A DNA stretch of 64,000 nucleotides from Klebsormidium nitens (Eukaryota; Plantae; Klebsormidiophyceae): contig DF237185.1 in the NCBI GenBank assembly GCA_000708835.1, positions 71,764 through 135,763 of the forward strand, given 5' to 3'. Under the pieces are notes generated by a model. The model did no database searches. It was not told the origin of the DNA and saw only the letters and a program-made list of their open reading frames with translations. Within the stretch, counting starts at the first letter, position 1. Each line of letters opens with the position of its first letter. This document shows, one piece after another, positions 46,803 through 60,200 of the stretch. The position numbers and the translations under genes are program-made.

Positions 46803-49800
46803 ATGGCAGCCGCTGTGGCACCACAGCAGCCGCAGCAGCCAGAGGCGCAGCAAGAGGCAAGCACGTCTCAGGGTGCCGCACCTCCTCCCCTCCGGAAACC
46901 AACTTTCTGCAAGATCGCAGACCTACGGCCGGGGACGTCCGGCCACAATCTTGTGGTGAAAGTGGTCTCTAGCAAGGTGGGGATGCATTGTTTCGCTGTT
47001 TCAAATGTATCTTGGCTTCTGGCAATATACCTGGTTCCCTTAGCCAATTGTCCATCACAGCATTCAGTTTCTTAGGTGACAGTGGTCTCCAACGATGTGA
47101 GGACGAACTGTTTCGCTGTTCTCTCCCTGGTTTATTTGGGCATGTACTGTTGGAATTCGTCTTTTAACCAATGCACCCAGTCATCAGCTTAAAAACTTAC
47201 CACTATCAGTTGACAATCGAGCAATATTGCACAGGAGTTTACCAACCATTGCACAAACTTGTAAACCTCCTGAATATCGCAAGAAGCTTTAAGATTCAAC
47301 CAAAGGGCCTACATTTGGAAAAGACAAAAAACCGAGAGAGCAACTCTTTAAGCTGAGATGCGATTAAAAAGCTTCTGTTTGCTGCCGCAAAGAGGGAATC
47401 TGCTTCAAATACAAGCTCAACTTCCCCAAGTTTCAGCACTCTCTGGCGAATGGTGCATTTAGGGTTGTGCCTTTCTGATTGCTCTTGCGAGCTCAGTGAG
47501 CTGACCTCCCGTGCACCAATTTGAATGAGCGTCAACTCATAGAAACTTGGGACATGTGGATAGTACTTATTATGGGGTTACAGAACTTCTGTTGTGAGTC
47601 CTGTGTTCAGTAGTAGAATTTCGTTTGGGCATCAATTCGCTCGGAAAATCCACAGAATTGTCTTTCTCTATTCAAAGATAACGAGGTCAATTTGATATGG
47701 TCAGCAAGTCAAAGTTTTTGCTTTTAATGGTTTACATGAAGAGATACTTACAGTCCTGATCTGGTGCCTGATCTGGTGTTCTACGACAGCATGTTTCTGG
47801 AATTTGGGATTCTTTAAGCAATCCTGAATGCATCAAAATAGGGCCTGACGCTCTATCACTAGCGTAGTCTGCGAAGCTGAGACTTAAGGGACCGGAGTGC
47901 ACGCATTTCAAGGTAGTGCTGAAGTTGACGCGGATTTCAATCCCTACAGTGCTGTAGGGACTTGTCCTTTTTAAACATAAGCCTACTGAAGGAATTGAAA
48001 GGCACCTCCTGTGAGATTCTGGACCTTGAGGTACTTTGAGTCGCTGTGCTTACACCTCTTCCTGCTGTGATGTATTGTTGAACAATACTATTACTCCGCT
48101 TTGCCAGTACAGCCGATAGACAACCAGTTGATCTTCGTTCAACTGAATGTTGGCCTTGGCACCCTCAGATACTGCAGCAACACTTCACTGCATATCAACC
48201 TTGTAAACCTGGTAGAGTGCAAATTACCACTTTTGATCTCTGTCGAATTATCCTCTCATAGAGACCAGGTGTGTGGCTTTATCCACATTCGTACTTCCAA
48301 GGCAAATAGAGTTGCCAGTTTCTAGCAAACTTCGTCAAGCCCTCGTTTGACAACGTCAGACTCGGAGATGGTGTTCACTGTTTTGTCAGAGTGTCTGGTA
48401 TTATGAACTTTGACACCCCTTTCTCAATCCATTTTCAAGCAAAGGAGATGAGCCAGCGCAGAGGCGGACCCTTGAATAATTTCTCACGAAACAGTTAATG
48501 GAACTGCAGAAAAGGGCTCACTTTCAACCCCGCCTTTACTTCAGGTGGTCCTGCAGCGGGCGCGCCCTGACGGCAGCAAGATGCGGCAAGTGCGGATTGC
48601 GGAATGTATAGTGGGGGACGAGACCGGAGTGATTGTCTTCACGGCGCGCACCTTACCAAATTGTGATCAGGGTGAGTTTTGCAAAGTCTAGTTCGCCTCT
48701 TTTCGAGTCATCAGAGAAGCAGGAGTTTCGCTGCAGATGGTGTGAGGATCTTGATTTCATAATGCTCGGTGATTGCGCCTGCAATTCTGGATACTCTTCT
48801 TCAGACCTTACCCGTCTTTGCCTGATTGGCCTTCAAGTTTGTCATGTTGATCATTGAGATTCTGGCTCAGAATTATTGGTAGCTCAAATTCGGATTCACT
48901 TCATTGAAAGCCCAATGCTTTAGTTTCATCCACATCGTGGTCACAGAAATTGACATGAAGACCTCCTTGAGACTTCTCTGAAAGGCATTGCAATTGCAAT
49001 CACGCTGCCTTCTGGTTGTCACGGACGGTACAGCCAGGAAAGTCGGGACACTGCTCTTTAAGACTGGAAGTTGGGGTTAGAAATCTCTGAAACTGTTCCT
49101 AGAGATCGGACCCTGCGGTTTGGAATCGCGAACTGGGTGTCGAACTTTTCCAAGCTGTTCATTAGCTTAGGGAACTGGTGTCATATTGCCCAGGTTTGCA
49201 ATGGAAGAGACACACAATGTACATCGTCAGGCTCGCTTGTGACTTGGGAGCAATCGAAGGGTTACACAATCATCATTCACCCTTAATTGCTTCTTTCTTG
49301 GTTGGCTGTCCCTTTCCAGAAGTGTTATCGGTTGCTTCTGAGCATTGCCTATCATTGTCACCTCCACCGTAGATGCTAGATCTCACCCTTGTTCGCAAGT
49401 GACAGTCGTTGTTTTGGCTCTGCCTACACATCTCTGGCCAGTCAGCAGATCCCTGTGCTTATAGCCTGCTGTTTAATAAAGCGGGAAGGAGAACCACATG
49501 GGTTGCAATTGCCGATCTGGACCCCCGTGGGTAGCACTGGTTATGTATACCACTTTAGGAGCTTCATTTGGAATGGGGAATCCGGGGAGTCGGTGAAGGG
49601 GTGTCTACGTGTGCCGGTTCGAAATTGAAATTCTTCTTCCATGGACTGTGTCCATGTATCGTCAAGCATGCCGGCTGTTCGCACTGAGTCTCGTTATCCC
49701 AACGCCTAGCTATCTTCCTCTTGTACAGTCGAGCTCATGAAGGAGGGCGCCACCGTGACTCTACGGAATGCCAAGATCGACATGTTTAAGGGTTCAATGC

Positions 49801-49919
49801 GACTTGCAGTTGATAAGTGGGGTATTGTCACTGCCACGGATGACGCCAGCTTCGAGCCGAAGGTTGACAACAACCTGTCTCTGGTTGAGTACGAGCTTGT
49901 AAATGTAATCGACGAGTGA
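46803..49919 (+). CDS. OB-fold nucleic-acid-binding protein (At4g28440-like); exons 46803-46976, 48545-48671, 49729-49919
   Basis: LRKPTFCKIADLRPGTSGHNLVVKVVSSK|VVLQRARPDGSKMRQVRIAECIVGDETGVIVFTAR..DQ|VELMKEGATVTLRNAKIDMFKGSMRLAVDKWG..NNLSLVEYELVNV. Confidence 0.92.
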
Positions 49920-51291
49920 TTGGTCTTTTTTCGACAGTGTGAATGGTACTTCAGCTGCATAAGCATGCGCAAGCTCAGGCCCAGCCAGTATGTGTATTGA
50001 AGAGAGATTTCTCAGCGTGCCTAGAGACCGAGAAGAATGCTTGATGCAAACTCCGAAGGCTTGCCAGGTAAATCTTGGATTTGTGTTCGTGCAACGTCTT
50101 GATTTGCTGGCTGCGTCAAAATAGGAGTCAGCTAGAGTGCTAGCCAGCCAAAGGCTCTGGAACCAAGTAAACTTCTGACTGTAATGCAGCTTCCGACACG
50201 CAACCGTCACTCAACCTAGTACGTCACTTTGGACACTAATCATAACTCCGAGCAAGCGGGCCTCGTTGCCCGCTCGTAGGTTGAATGTTTATGAGGCGGC
50301 GGCTGATCAGGTGATAAGTACGACAGGCCAGTTGTTTACTCGGTCTGCAATGATTTAATGCATGTTGCTGACCGTACCTGAACCAGGCCTGGCTTTCCCA
50401 AAGTTCTGGCCGCGCTCAGCTGATGGTACGGTCACCTGGCATGGTAAGTGAAGGTTGAGTCCGATTAGTGCATTCTTGGATTGAAGCTCCAGTCACTGGA
50501 AAACGAGTCCGGCCATGAACGCAATATGCTGCGCGGCCCTGCCTGGCTCAGCTTGTCTCTAACATGGTACGTTCTCACTGCCAATGCCGGCATGCACACA
50601 TACATGTCCACCGTCTCGACATGCGAGTCAAGGAGCCATGCGGCGGTGCTTCCTGCCAAGTTGCATTTGGTTGCAATGATATATTGCATATACACGTACA
50701 TCGCAAGCCTGTGTTTCCGACATACTTAATGCATGGTTATACGTCATGAGCCGGAACTCGCGAAACACAAGCAGATAACATACATACATGCACTTCCCCG
50801 CCTCTTTTAGGTGAATCTTAGGAATCATTCAGGGACGTGCCTCGAAGTTTGACTGTACGTCACAAAATTATGGTCACTTGGCCGGCAAGTCATGACTGGC
50901 TGCAGCCGTGACACACTAGTACGAGTCATGCTGTTATGGTTTGGAACCCAGTAATGGCACAAGGACGTCGGACGTGCAGATCGTCCTCTGGCACTGAGGC
51001 TCGCTGACTCAGGCTCATGCACAAGTATTGGACACGCAAGTCTGATCGAGCCTGGTATCACCCAGTCACCATCGAACCCATTGCAAACCTTGTAAGCGGA
51101 ACGATAAGCATCCCGTCGATTGACTCAATGGCAATGAATGATTGCCTTGCATGCCGTGCATCGCCCGGTGCGACCCAGCCACTCGGCTGGCACTCTCAGT
51201 GACAGATGCCGAAGTCAAAACTCCCTGCATGGGCTCACATTCTCCACCACTTACGGTCAAAAGGTTACGGGAATCCGCAGCTAATGGCACC

Positions 51292-54200
51292 TCACAATGC
51301 TGTCTTTAAGCTCCTATATTTCAGAAATGTTACAATTGTGGTTCCGCTTGCCACGACCAAAGTGGGTAGCATCGTCAAATTAAGAATATATTTTTGTCCA
51401 AAGCCGCCCATAGCGGTGATCATGATGTCGGATATCGCCCGTGCCAGCGTCCCCGCCTCGGTGGAGAGCAGACCGCAATTGTAGGTCCCTTTGGACAGCC
51501 GGGGGCTCATGGTTTTGGAGAGAAGGGCCATGTTCACACCTGGAAGAAGTGCATTGAGACCCTTACGAGGTTAAGGACAGGTGGCAACAGGTTACAAACC
51601 GTCTTCGAAATCAAGGCCTGTATCGTCAAGCGAGAGTATGTGAAGAAGGATAAGGTCAAAGTTGGCTCTTAGCGGGCCACAGATCGACCCTATGCTTCAT
51701 CACCGGTGATGGTACATGGATTCAAACCTTTGATACAGCTGTATCAGAAAACGAGAACCAAAGGAGCTGGGACGTTCAACAATCACGGAGTCGCAAAAAC
51801 ACGAACCTTCCATTCACGTACTTAGTATGATCAGCATAGACCGTTCATGAAACTGCTAAACCCTCCCAACTGATCTGTGAGCTCAAAACTAGAAACTGGA
51901 AAGTCAAATGAAGTAAGATTGACTAGCACCCACCTTCAAGCGCACACGTGGCCACAAAAATTAGGATCGCCCCCGCGACGTACTGCGGCAGGCTGTACGG
52001 GATGAGCGGCTCGTAGGACAGGTTCAAAACGACGCCGACCACGGTTATTACCTCGGTCCACATGATGACCAGCCTGCACAGGCGGGGTCAAGGATTGGGT
52101 TAACAATTTGCCCAGGTAGACTGATTGTAAACGTGATGCCTAACCCGGTTTACACGTTAACAAGCCTGCACAGCGGGGTCAAGGATCCAATCCAATACGT
52201 TGACCCGGGAACAATGACTAGAAATATGGTTATCACCTCGGTCCACAGAGAACGAGTCTGCACGAGGGAAGTCAAAATTCAGGTCAAGACGTTGACCCGA
52301 GGCCCCAACTACGAACCTGGTTCTCCCTCGCTCAACAGGGTAAGGAGCCTGTACAGGGACTATTAAAACTCCAGTAGCAAAACAAATCAACACGCACCTG
52401 TCCTCGTAGACGTTCCCGATGAACGACCCGATAAGGTAGTTGACGGGGAGCACTGTGAGGCCCAGCACGCTCAGGAAAGCGCCCACGCTGCGCGGCGTCC
52501 ATCGGAAGTAGTACTTGGTCACGATGCTACTCTCGGAGATGAGGACCTCCGTCGCGAACTTGAGCATGAAGTAGACGAGCAAAGTCACCTGGGAAATGGC
52601 GTAGGTTCCGTTAAAATTTTCTTTTCTGTAACTTTGGGAGCGGGGTTCCATGATCTACAAGAAACTGGTGAGTTTGCTGCTCTCAAAAGCGAGGCCCTGT
52701 TTCGCGAAGTAGACGAACAAAGTCACCTGGAAGGGAGGGAATCGAATCAAAAATTACGGACGTTTCGTTTTGTTCTTGGAAGTCAGTCAATAGACCAGTG
52801 GGAGAAGGGTGTCAACCAGGAGCTTTACTTGGTCACGATGCTGCTCTCGGAGATCAGGACCTCCGTTGCGAACTTGAGCATGAAGTAGACGAGCAAAGTC
52901 ACCTGGAAAACGGCAGAACGTACGTCAATTGTGGGAGCAGATTATGAGCAATTGGAGCGGCAAAGCGAATCAGTAACTGTGTCACGATACTGCTCTTGTA
53001 GGTGAGACCTCCCTTGTAGGTGAGACCTCAGTTGCTAAGTTGGGATAAAGGAGACAAGTAAGGTTACTTAGAAAGACGGAGAAAAACCGAATTTGAATCG
53101 TTGGGCTTTTGGTTCCTCTCAGTGGACCAGTGGGATCTCTCGACGGGGAGTCCTACTCGGTCATGATGCTACTCGCGGAACGGAGGACCTCCGTCGCGAA
53201 CTTGAGCATGAAGTAGACGAGCAAAGTCACCTGGAAATTGGCAACGCTTAACGTTACGGCTCCCTGTTTTGCAAGGTCAGGAGCGGGGTTCCACTTCAAA
53301 AGAAATCTGGTCAAGGTTGCTGTTCTCGGAGACGAGGACCCCCGTCGCGATTTTGAGCATAAAACACACGAGCAAAGTCACCTGGAGACGGCGGGAATAA
53401 CATGTTTCTCTGGGACAATACAGCAGATGTTCATCATTGGCCTGCCAGAGTCTTCTACGCTCCTGGTCAGCCCCTTGCTCGAACCCACGCCCAGTCCAAC
53501 TGAGACCAGCCCTAACCAACTTCAACCAACTCTGATCAGGTGTGACCCGTCTGAAGCCAACTCTGACCGTAACTTGCCAGTTGGTAACCAGGTTTTTATC
53601 AACACGGGCGTGTTCATCTCCCACGATAAGGTGCTTTGCTCAAACTTACGCCCAGACCACCTCTTCAGCAATCCTAGCCAGCTCTAACTCCCCTTTAACC
53701 AACTCTAACCGCGACTCTAACCAGTCTGTAACCAGCTCTTGTACCAGCTCGACCGTGTCCTTTGATCCCTTTCAAACTCATGCCCAGACAAACAGAGGCC
53801 TACGTTACCATCTCCAACGAATCCCAACCACCCCTGACTTATTGTGAACCACCTCCAATCAGTCTCAGACCAATATCAACCGGTGACTTAACCAGTACAA
53901 AACTGAGTTCCTCACTAGCACGGGCGAGTTCATCTCCCGCCAAACCTCCGCCAGAGTCTTGGCCGGCGCCTCAACCTCCTCTTCACTGCCAAACTCGGAC
54001 CCCCGCCCGTCCGACGCAGCTCCGCTCTCCACTTCGGGGGGGTCCGGCAATAGCAGGGGCCGCTTGGCATTGGTGAGATTGGCGGAAGAATGAGAGGGGG
54101 TCATTGTTGGATCTGGCCGATGTGGTTCCTGCAAGTAATGGAAAATAAAGAATGTGGATCTTGGGGTCTTGGAATGTGAGACTCTAAAGGTCGAGAATTG

Positions 54201-57200
54201 TGCATCCTGAAAAATGTTGGAAACTGGAGGTCTTGAGTTCCCATTGTTTTAGGCCAGACCCCATCCGATCCAGCGCCAGTCTCCGTAAAGGGGGCCCTGG
54301 CAATAGCAGGGGCCGCTTAACATCGGTGAGATTGGCGGAATAGCGGAAGGGGGTCACTGTGGGATCCGGCCGGTGGGGCTCCTGTAAGTAGCGCGGGGAC
54401 AATAACGTTTTGAGGATGAGAATGAGTTCAAGGCTCTCAGTTAAGCACTTGCTCTGTGAACTCGCCCGCTCTCCACTGTCGGTAGGTCCGACACGCGAGG
54501 GAGCGCTTGGCGGTGGCAAGACTGACAGAGGAGTTGGAAGCTTCATAGAAGGACCCGGCCGATGACTTTTCTTAAGCGGCGAGGGACGAAAATTTAAATC
54601 ACGGGTGACGAAATTTCAGATCATGGGAGTCTGAATTAACCTTCAAACTTCTGCTTTGAAAGCCGCACCAAAGCGTTGTCTGTATCATGTCCTCCCGACA
54701 ATACCAGGCGGCTTTTGCGGTGGGCAGGTCAGCCCAGAAGTCGAAAGCCGTCACTAATGACCCAGTGCCTCTAAAAGCTCCGCTTTCCGCTTGGAAAACT
54801 TTCGCCCAAAAGCAGTCGCCATCATAACGTCCTAACTCAACCAACATTTTCAGTTACCATAATGGGACCTAAGCACCCCAAGAAAGACAGAAGTAAAACA
54901 TGCATGCACATGCGTCCAAGAGTACCTAAGGCCAGTCTAAGGCCAGTCCAAGTTGAATCCGGGTTCTCGGTCCTAGACCGATTTAGTATTCCATCGATTG
55001 AAGGCCAATAATTCTTCGATTCTGAGGACAATTAGTCCAAAACCTGTAAGCGGTCCAGGTGAAGGTTTCAATCTTGCATCCAAAACACCTCATCTCCTCA
55101 ACATCCAAAAATAGCAGTCATTTATCTACTTTCCCGACCGACCGACCCACCAAAAGGGGCCGGATCGGAACCGGAATATTATTTCCACTGGCCTAAGCAT
55201 CAAGACGATGACGTCACACCCACCTTGAAGAAGACGAAAACGGCGACCAGGAAGAGCGCCCACCAGAGCGTCATGATCCATCCGGGGGCGGTGACGTCAT
55301 TCACCACGATCGGACGGCCCGGGAGGAACGGGATGCGGAAGTCGAGTGACGTCATCAGGCCAGCCATGGCTGGGCCGGCGGCCATGCCAAACGCGCTGGC
55401 GCTCACAAACGCGGCGGAGGCCTGTAGGGGAATGGTTTACCAAGGGTTAGCGCTCGCTCAACTGGGTTTTAGCAAGAGAAGGTGCCCGGACCTCAAGTCA
55501 ACGCACTAGAGCGTACACGCAAATGCGTTCTGCAATGAGCGGATTGGGCTGTGCTGCAAGCTGCTCATGTCCAACTGAGAAGAAGGTTCTACAGCGAATT
55601 GCACTGGAGACTTTACACACCGTACATGTCCCCTTCAGTTCTCGCTCTCTCAACCTGAAGGCCCACGCTTCAAAGAGCTGCCGACCACTGGGGCTGCCCT
55701 TCGACAACCCTCAGCAGATGCTTTCAGAAGACGATCTACTCAAGAGATGCGCTCGCATGAACGACGTATTGTCAGGGACCGAGAAGCTACTGTGTGCGCA
55801 CCTGGGTCCTCTGCTTGACCGGAACCCAGTCGGCAATGTATCGCCGGTTGATGGCCCGAGCACCGCCTGTGTTGCAGACGAACAAGAAATAGTGAGCACA
55901 TCAAAAGAAACTCTAATAGTAACGAGGAACTCAAGATACAGGAGGAAGGGTGGAGTTACTTTGGAGGTTAGGGTGGGTTCGGGTGCGGAGCATGTCATCT
56001 TGGCCTTAGGCTTTTAGTGTTGGTTAAGCCGAGAGTAAGTACGTTCAGTTCCTTAAGATCCTCATTGCTAGTTAAGTTTATGGTTATGTAAGCACTCAAA
56101 CGACCAGTAGTCAAGCCCTATCCATGCCAACACAGAAACGAAGCCGTCCGATGGCCGTGCTCGGTCATCAAACGGCCTAATTTTTGAAGGGTCCAAATCT
56201 CAATCTGGCCAAGCGTCGACGAACTGGTGTTAAAACCGACCGACTCCGGAAAGGTTTGTTCAACTCTCCACTCCTTCCGAAAAACGAAGACTCGGATTGT
56301 CAGAAGAACCACGAAAAAGAGAAGAGAAGCTGTTTCGTTTCACATCCGAAGCCGCTCAAGAGACGAAAGGGCAAAAACAGGCTCCAAAGGGGCCCAATGG
56401 TCTTTACAAACAGTTTCTCGGTGCTCATGAGAGACTTCCTCTCTTTAAAGTCGGGAATTGCGTCTCCTATTCAATATTCTGGATAAATCGCCAAACGGAA
56501 CAAAGATGAACACTGAAAACGGTGCTACAACGTTGTAAGAGGAAGGTAAGCGAGTTCTGAGGGGAGTTTTGAGGGGAAATCCAAAACCGCTGTCTTAAGG
56601 CACCATTTTCAGAAGCAAAATGACTCCGTAACGCTCCACCTACTGATAACTGCACGCACTCGAAAAGGTCACACCTTTTCATCGCAACCAACTGCTAAGG
56701 CATTATAACCGACCGCAAAGTAGTGCGGTTGGCCCCAAAGGCGTCGCCGTAAGATGAAAGGGGACAGTTTTCGAGGGCTTACCAAGCCCGTTGAACGCCC
56801 GCCCCAGTAGCACCAGCCACACCGAATTGAAGACGAGGGCTAGGGCGTAGAAGATGTTGCCAATGATCAGGATGATCGTACTGACGATGAGGGGCTCTCG
56901 GTAGGACCGGTTGGACCAAGCACTGCAAGTCGAGAGAGCTTAGGCTTACAGAGGGCTTCGCTTGATGCGAAACGGCTGCTATTAAAACTTTCATTCCGAT
57001 CCTGCGAAAGCTAACCTCACCGAAATAAGCCCATGTCTCTGACCGAAGTGAAACCCTGTCTTCCATCTGAATGAAAGCCTGTCCCTGTTCGAAACCTAGC
57101 CCCGTCCCTGTCCATAATAAACCCATGTTTGGTCAAATCTTAACCTCCGGTCTCTAGTCTCTCACCTATAGACGAAGGTAGAGACCAGGGCGGTAAGAGG

Positions 57201-60200
57201 CATGGCGCCAATCATGATACCGGCGACGGAGGCCGGCATGTGGAGCAGAACGGCGTAGTCGTCGGACGTCGGGACCTGCGAAGCAGGACAGAAGACGGCG
57301 TCCGAGAGTGAAACAAAAGGCACCAAAAGAGAGCGTTCATGTGAGTGATATCGGACTAATTTTATCAAACGCGCAACATTTTGTGTATGGAAAAGAGGGC
57401 GGAACGTTTTAGAGACGGACGTCGACAAAAGGACTAAATAGTGCCCGCTGGCTCGCGGACGTGGTAAGAGTCGGCCTCCTCCCACATTGACAACGCTCAG
57501 CATCCAACCTCCGAGATTGGCGCTTCGAGTTCTGGTGTTAACGACCGGCTCACGGGGAGTTGGAAGCATCCGAAAACCCGTAACTTCCCACTGGGTGAGT
57601 GCCTGAGGATTCGTTGAAATCATTCTTGCGGTCTTTTCGGTCCTACAAGTCCGTTGCAAATCATCCCGCCTTGCAATAATAAACTCCTGACCGTCTAGAA
57701 AGAAAGGTGTCGCGAGGTTTGCGGTCTTACGATGATGTAATAGTTGACCATGTAGAAGAAGGTGCACGCCAGGTTGATGTACAGGCTCGGCACGTGGAAC
57801 CGCTCCGCCTCCTCTTCTGGCGTCAGGTCCACGTCACGGTGCTGCAACAAGATGACGTCACGGTTTGAAACGTACCCGACATTGTTAAATTCTCAGATAT
57901 GCATCTCCACGTTCAACTCAAGAAGGACCCATGGTAATATAGCTGGTACCTCGCAATCATATTCCTGCTTTGAGCTGTAATTGGCAGCTGCTTTAACACT
58001 TGACCCACCCGGACTGCTGGTACGAGGAATGCCAGGGGGTCCTTGCGGCCGGTTCCAAAAGGTGGGGTACCGAAAAAGAATCCCCCCGCCATGAACCACT
58101 GAAAGTGCAAGACCTCTGCCAGCTGTTTCTGCTCAATCTTGGCTCTCCCGTTTCGAACCAACAGACAATCGAGTACAAGGCAGAGGCCATGAAAATTTTG
58201 GCGCATACCTGCATGGGCGTCTCCAGGTCGATGAGAAGCCCCACCGCCGTGAACCGCTGGAAATTCCAGAGTTCCGCCAGCTGTTCCCGCTCTTCTTGGA
58301 TCTCCCGCAACACCGGCTCGTCCTCCGATGGGGGTGCCAGAGTTGCGCGGCGGAAGAGCGCGAAGGAGGTCGTACGATGGGGCATCAGCTGCTGTGTCCG
58401 GAGCTCTTCGAGGTTGCGGGTCATCGCGCCAACCAGTGCGCCGACGCCCTGACAAAGACGAGTTTGATAAAGGAGGGTTAGTTGCTGGGTTGAGTGAGGG
58501 TAATGGAAGGGTTAAGATGATGGGGGCACGGAAGGGCGCAGAGGAGGTGGTGCAATGAGGCATCAGCTGCTGTGTCCGGAGCTCTTCGAGGTTGCGGGTC
58601 ATTGCGCCAACCAGTGCGCCGACGCCCTGATAGTGAGAAGGTGAAGGGAGGGTTAAGAGGAGATCAGCAATGGGGTTAAGATGATGTGTGCACGGAAGAG
58701 CGCGAAGGAGGTCGTACGATGCAGCATCAGTTGCTGGGTTCGAAGCTCCTCGAGGTTGCGGGTCATTGCGCCAACGAATGCGCCGACGCCCTGATGATGA
58801 GAAGGTGAAGGGAGGGTTAAGAGGAAGTCAACAAAGGGGTTAAGATGATGTGTGCACGGAAGAGGGAAGATGCAAAGGAAGTGGTGCAATCAGGCATCAG
58901 TCAACCAGTGCGCCGACGCCCTGGCAAAGACGACGTCATTGAAGGAGCATTAATAGCTGAGTTAAGTGAAGGTCGTGGAAGGGTTATGATGGGTGCACGA
59001 TGAGCGCGAAAGGAGTAGTGGGGTGAGGCATCCGCTGCTTTGTGCAAAGTTCTTCACGGTGGCGGGTTATCGCGCCAACCAGTGCCCCAACGCCCTGGGA
59101 GAGGAGGTGAAGGGAGGCTTGAGTGGAGGTAACAAAAAGAGGTTAAGATGATGGGTGCAGAAAAGGCGCATACGAGGTCGTTTGATGAGGCAAGATCCTC
59201 GAGGTTGCAGTTAATGGCGCCAACCAATGCGCTGACGCCCTGAAAGAGGTGATGGGAACAAGGAGGAAAAGGGGTTCTGGAAAAGGACTACATGACGGGT
59301 TGAGACAGTGAAAGGTTGACAATATGAAGGTTTAGGAGAGCGCAAGGAAGTCATGCGGTGGGATACTAGCCGGCTGTGTGCAAAGTTCCTCGAGTTGCGT
59401 ATTCTTGCGGTGGCCGAAGCCCTGAAAAAGACGAGGCCGGCGCTCTAAACCGCGACTGTTCTCTTCTACAGCCAAAAAACCTCAAATGAATCCGACCTAT
59501 ATTCCGCCAGTTGCGGACGAAGCACTTAAACCGGGTACGGGGCACTTGAAACAAGGGGTATTCACACCCACCGTGGTACGGAACAGCTGCTGGAGCTGTG
59601 AATACGGCCCCTGGCCCCGGGACGCGACGTACTGCTCCATGACGCGCACGCCCAGGTTCTTCTCGAACTTCTTGATGATCTTGCGCAGGCCCGTCAGGTT
59701 CAGCTTCACGAACCTGAGCAGCCGCAGCAGCTCGTAACCCACCTGAGGTTTAAAAGATTAATTGTCAAACAGTGGATTTCAGCCTTTAGGAAAGAAGAAG
59801 AACTTGTGGGGCTAAGGTCTCAAACATTTGGTCGTTCTGGGTTCTCTTGATGATCTTGCGCAAGCCCGTCAGGTTCAGCTTCACGAATCTGAGTAGCCGC
59901 AACAGCTCGTAACCGACCTGTTCAACAATATAAAGCAAGCAATTTTAGCGAAACAATAGAATATAAAGGATTGGGTATTGAAAGCTGGTTAAACCCTTCG
60001 AAAATCTTATGATGGCCTCTCCGGTTGACATGAGAAGGCGCAACAACTCGTAACCCACCTTGAGTTTCAAAGAGTATGTCTCCTAACAACAGACTAGGTA
60101 GCTTTCTAAAAAGGAACTGAAGGAAAAGAAGCTTTCTCTCGTGTCCCATCATTTTTGAGATTCTTGATGATCTTGCGCAGGCCAGTCACATTCAGCTTGA

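Noticed and set aside
50256-50273. GCGGGC-6nt-GCCCGC hairpin as a Helitron 3' end
   Set aside because: The stem is short, there is no proper CTRR terminus at the expected distance, and no matching 5' end was identified.
34300-59430. Echo arrays as pure assembly artefacts
   Set aside because: Copies differ by many substitutions and indels to varying degrees, which mis-assembly would not produce. The youngest copies still merit read-level confirmation.
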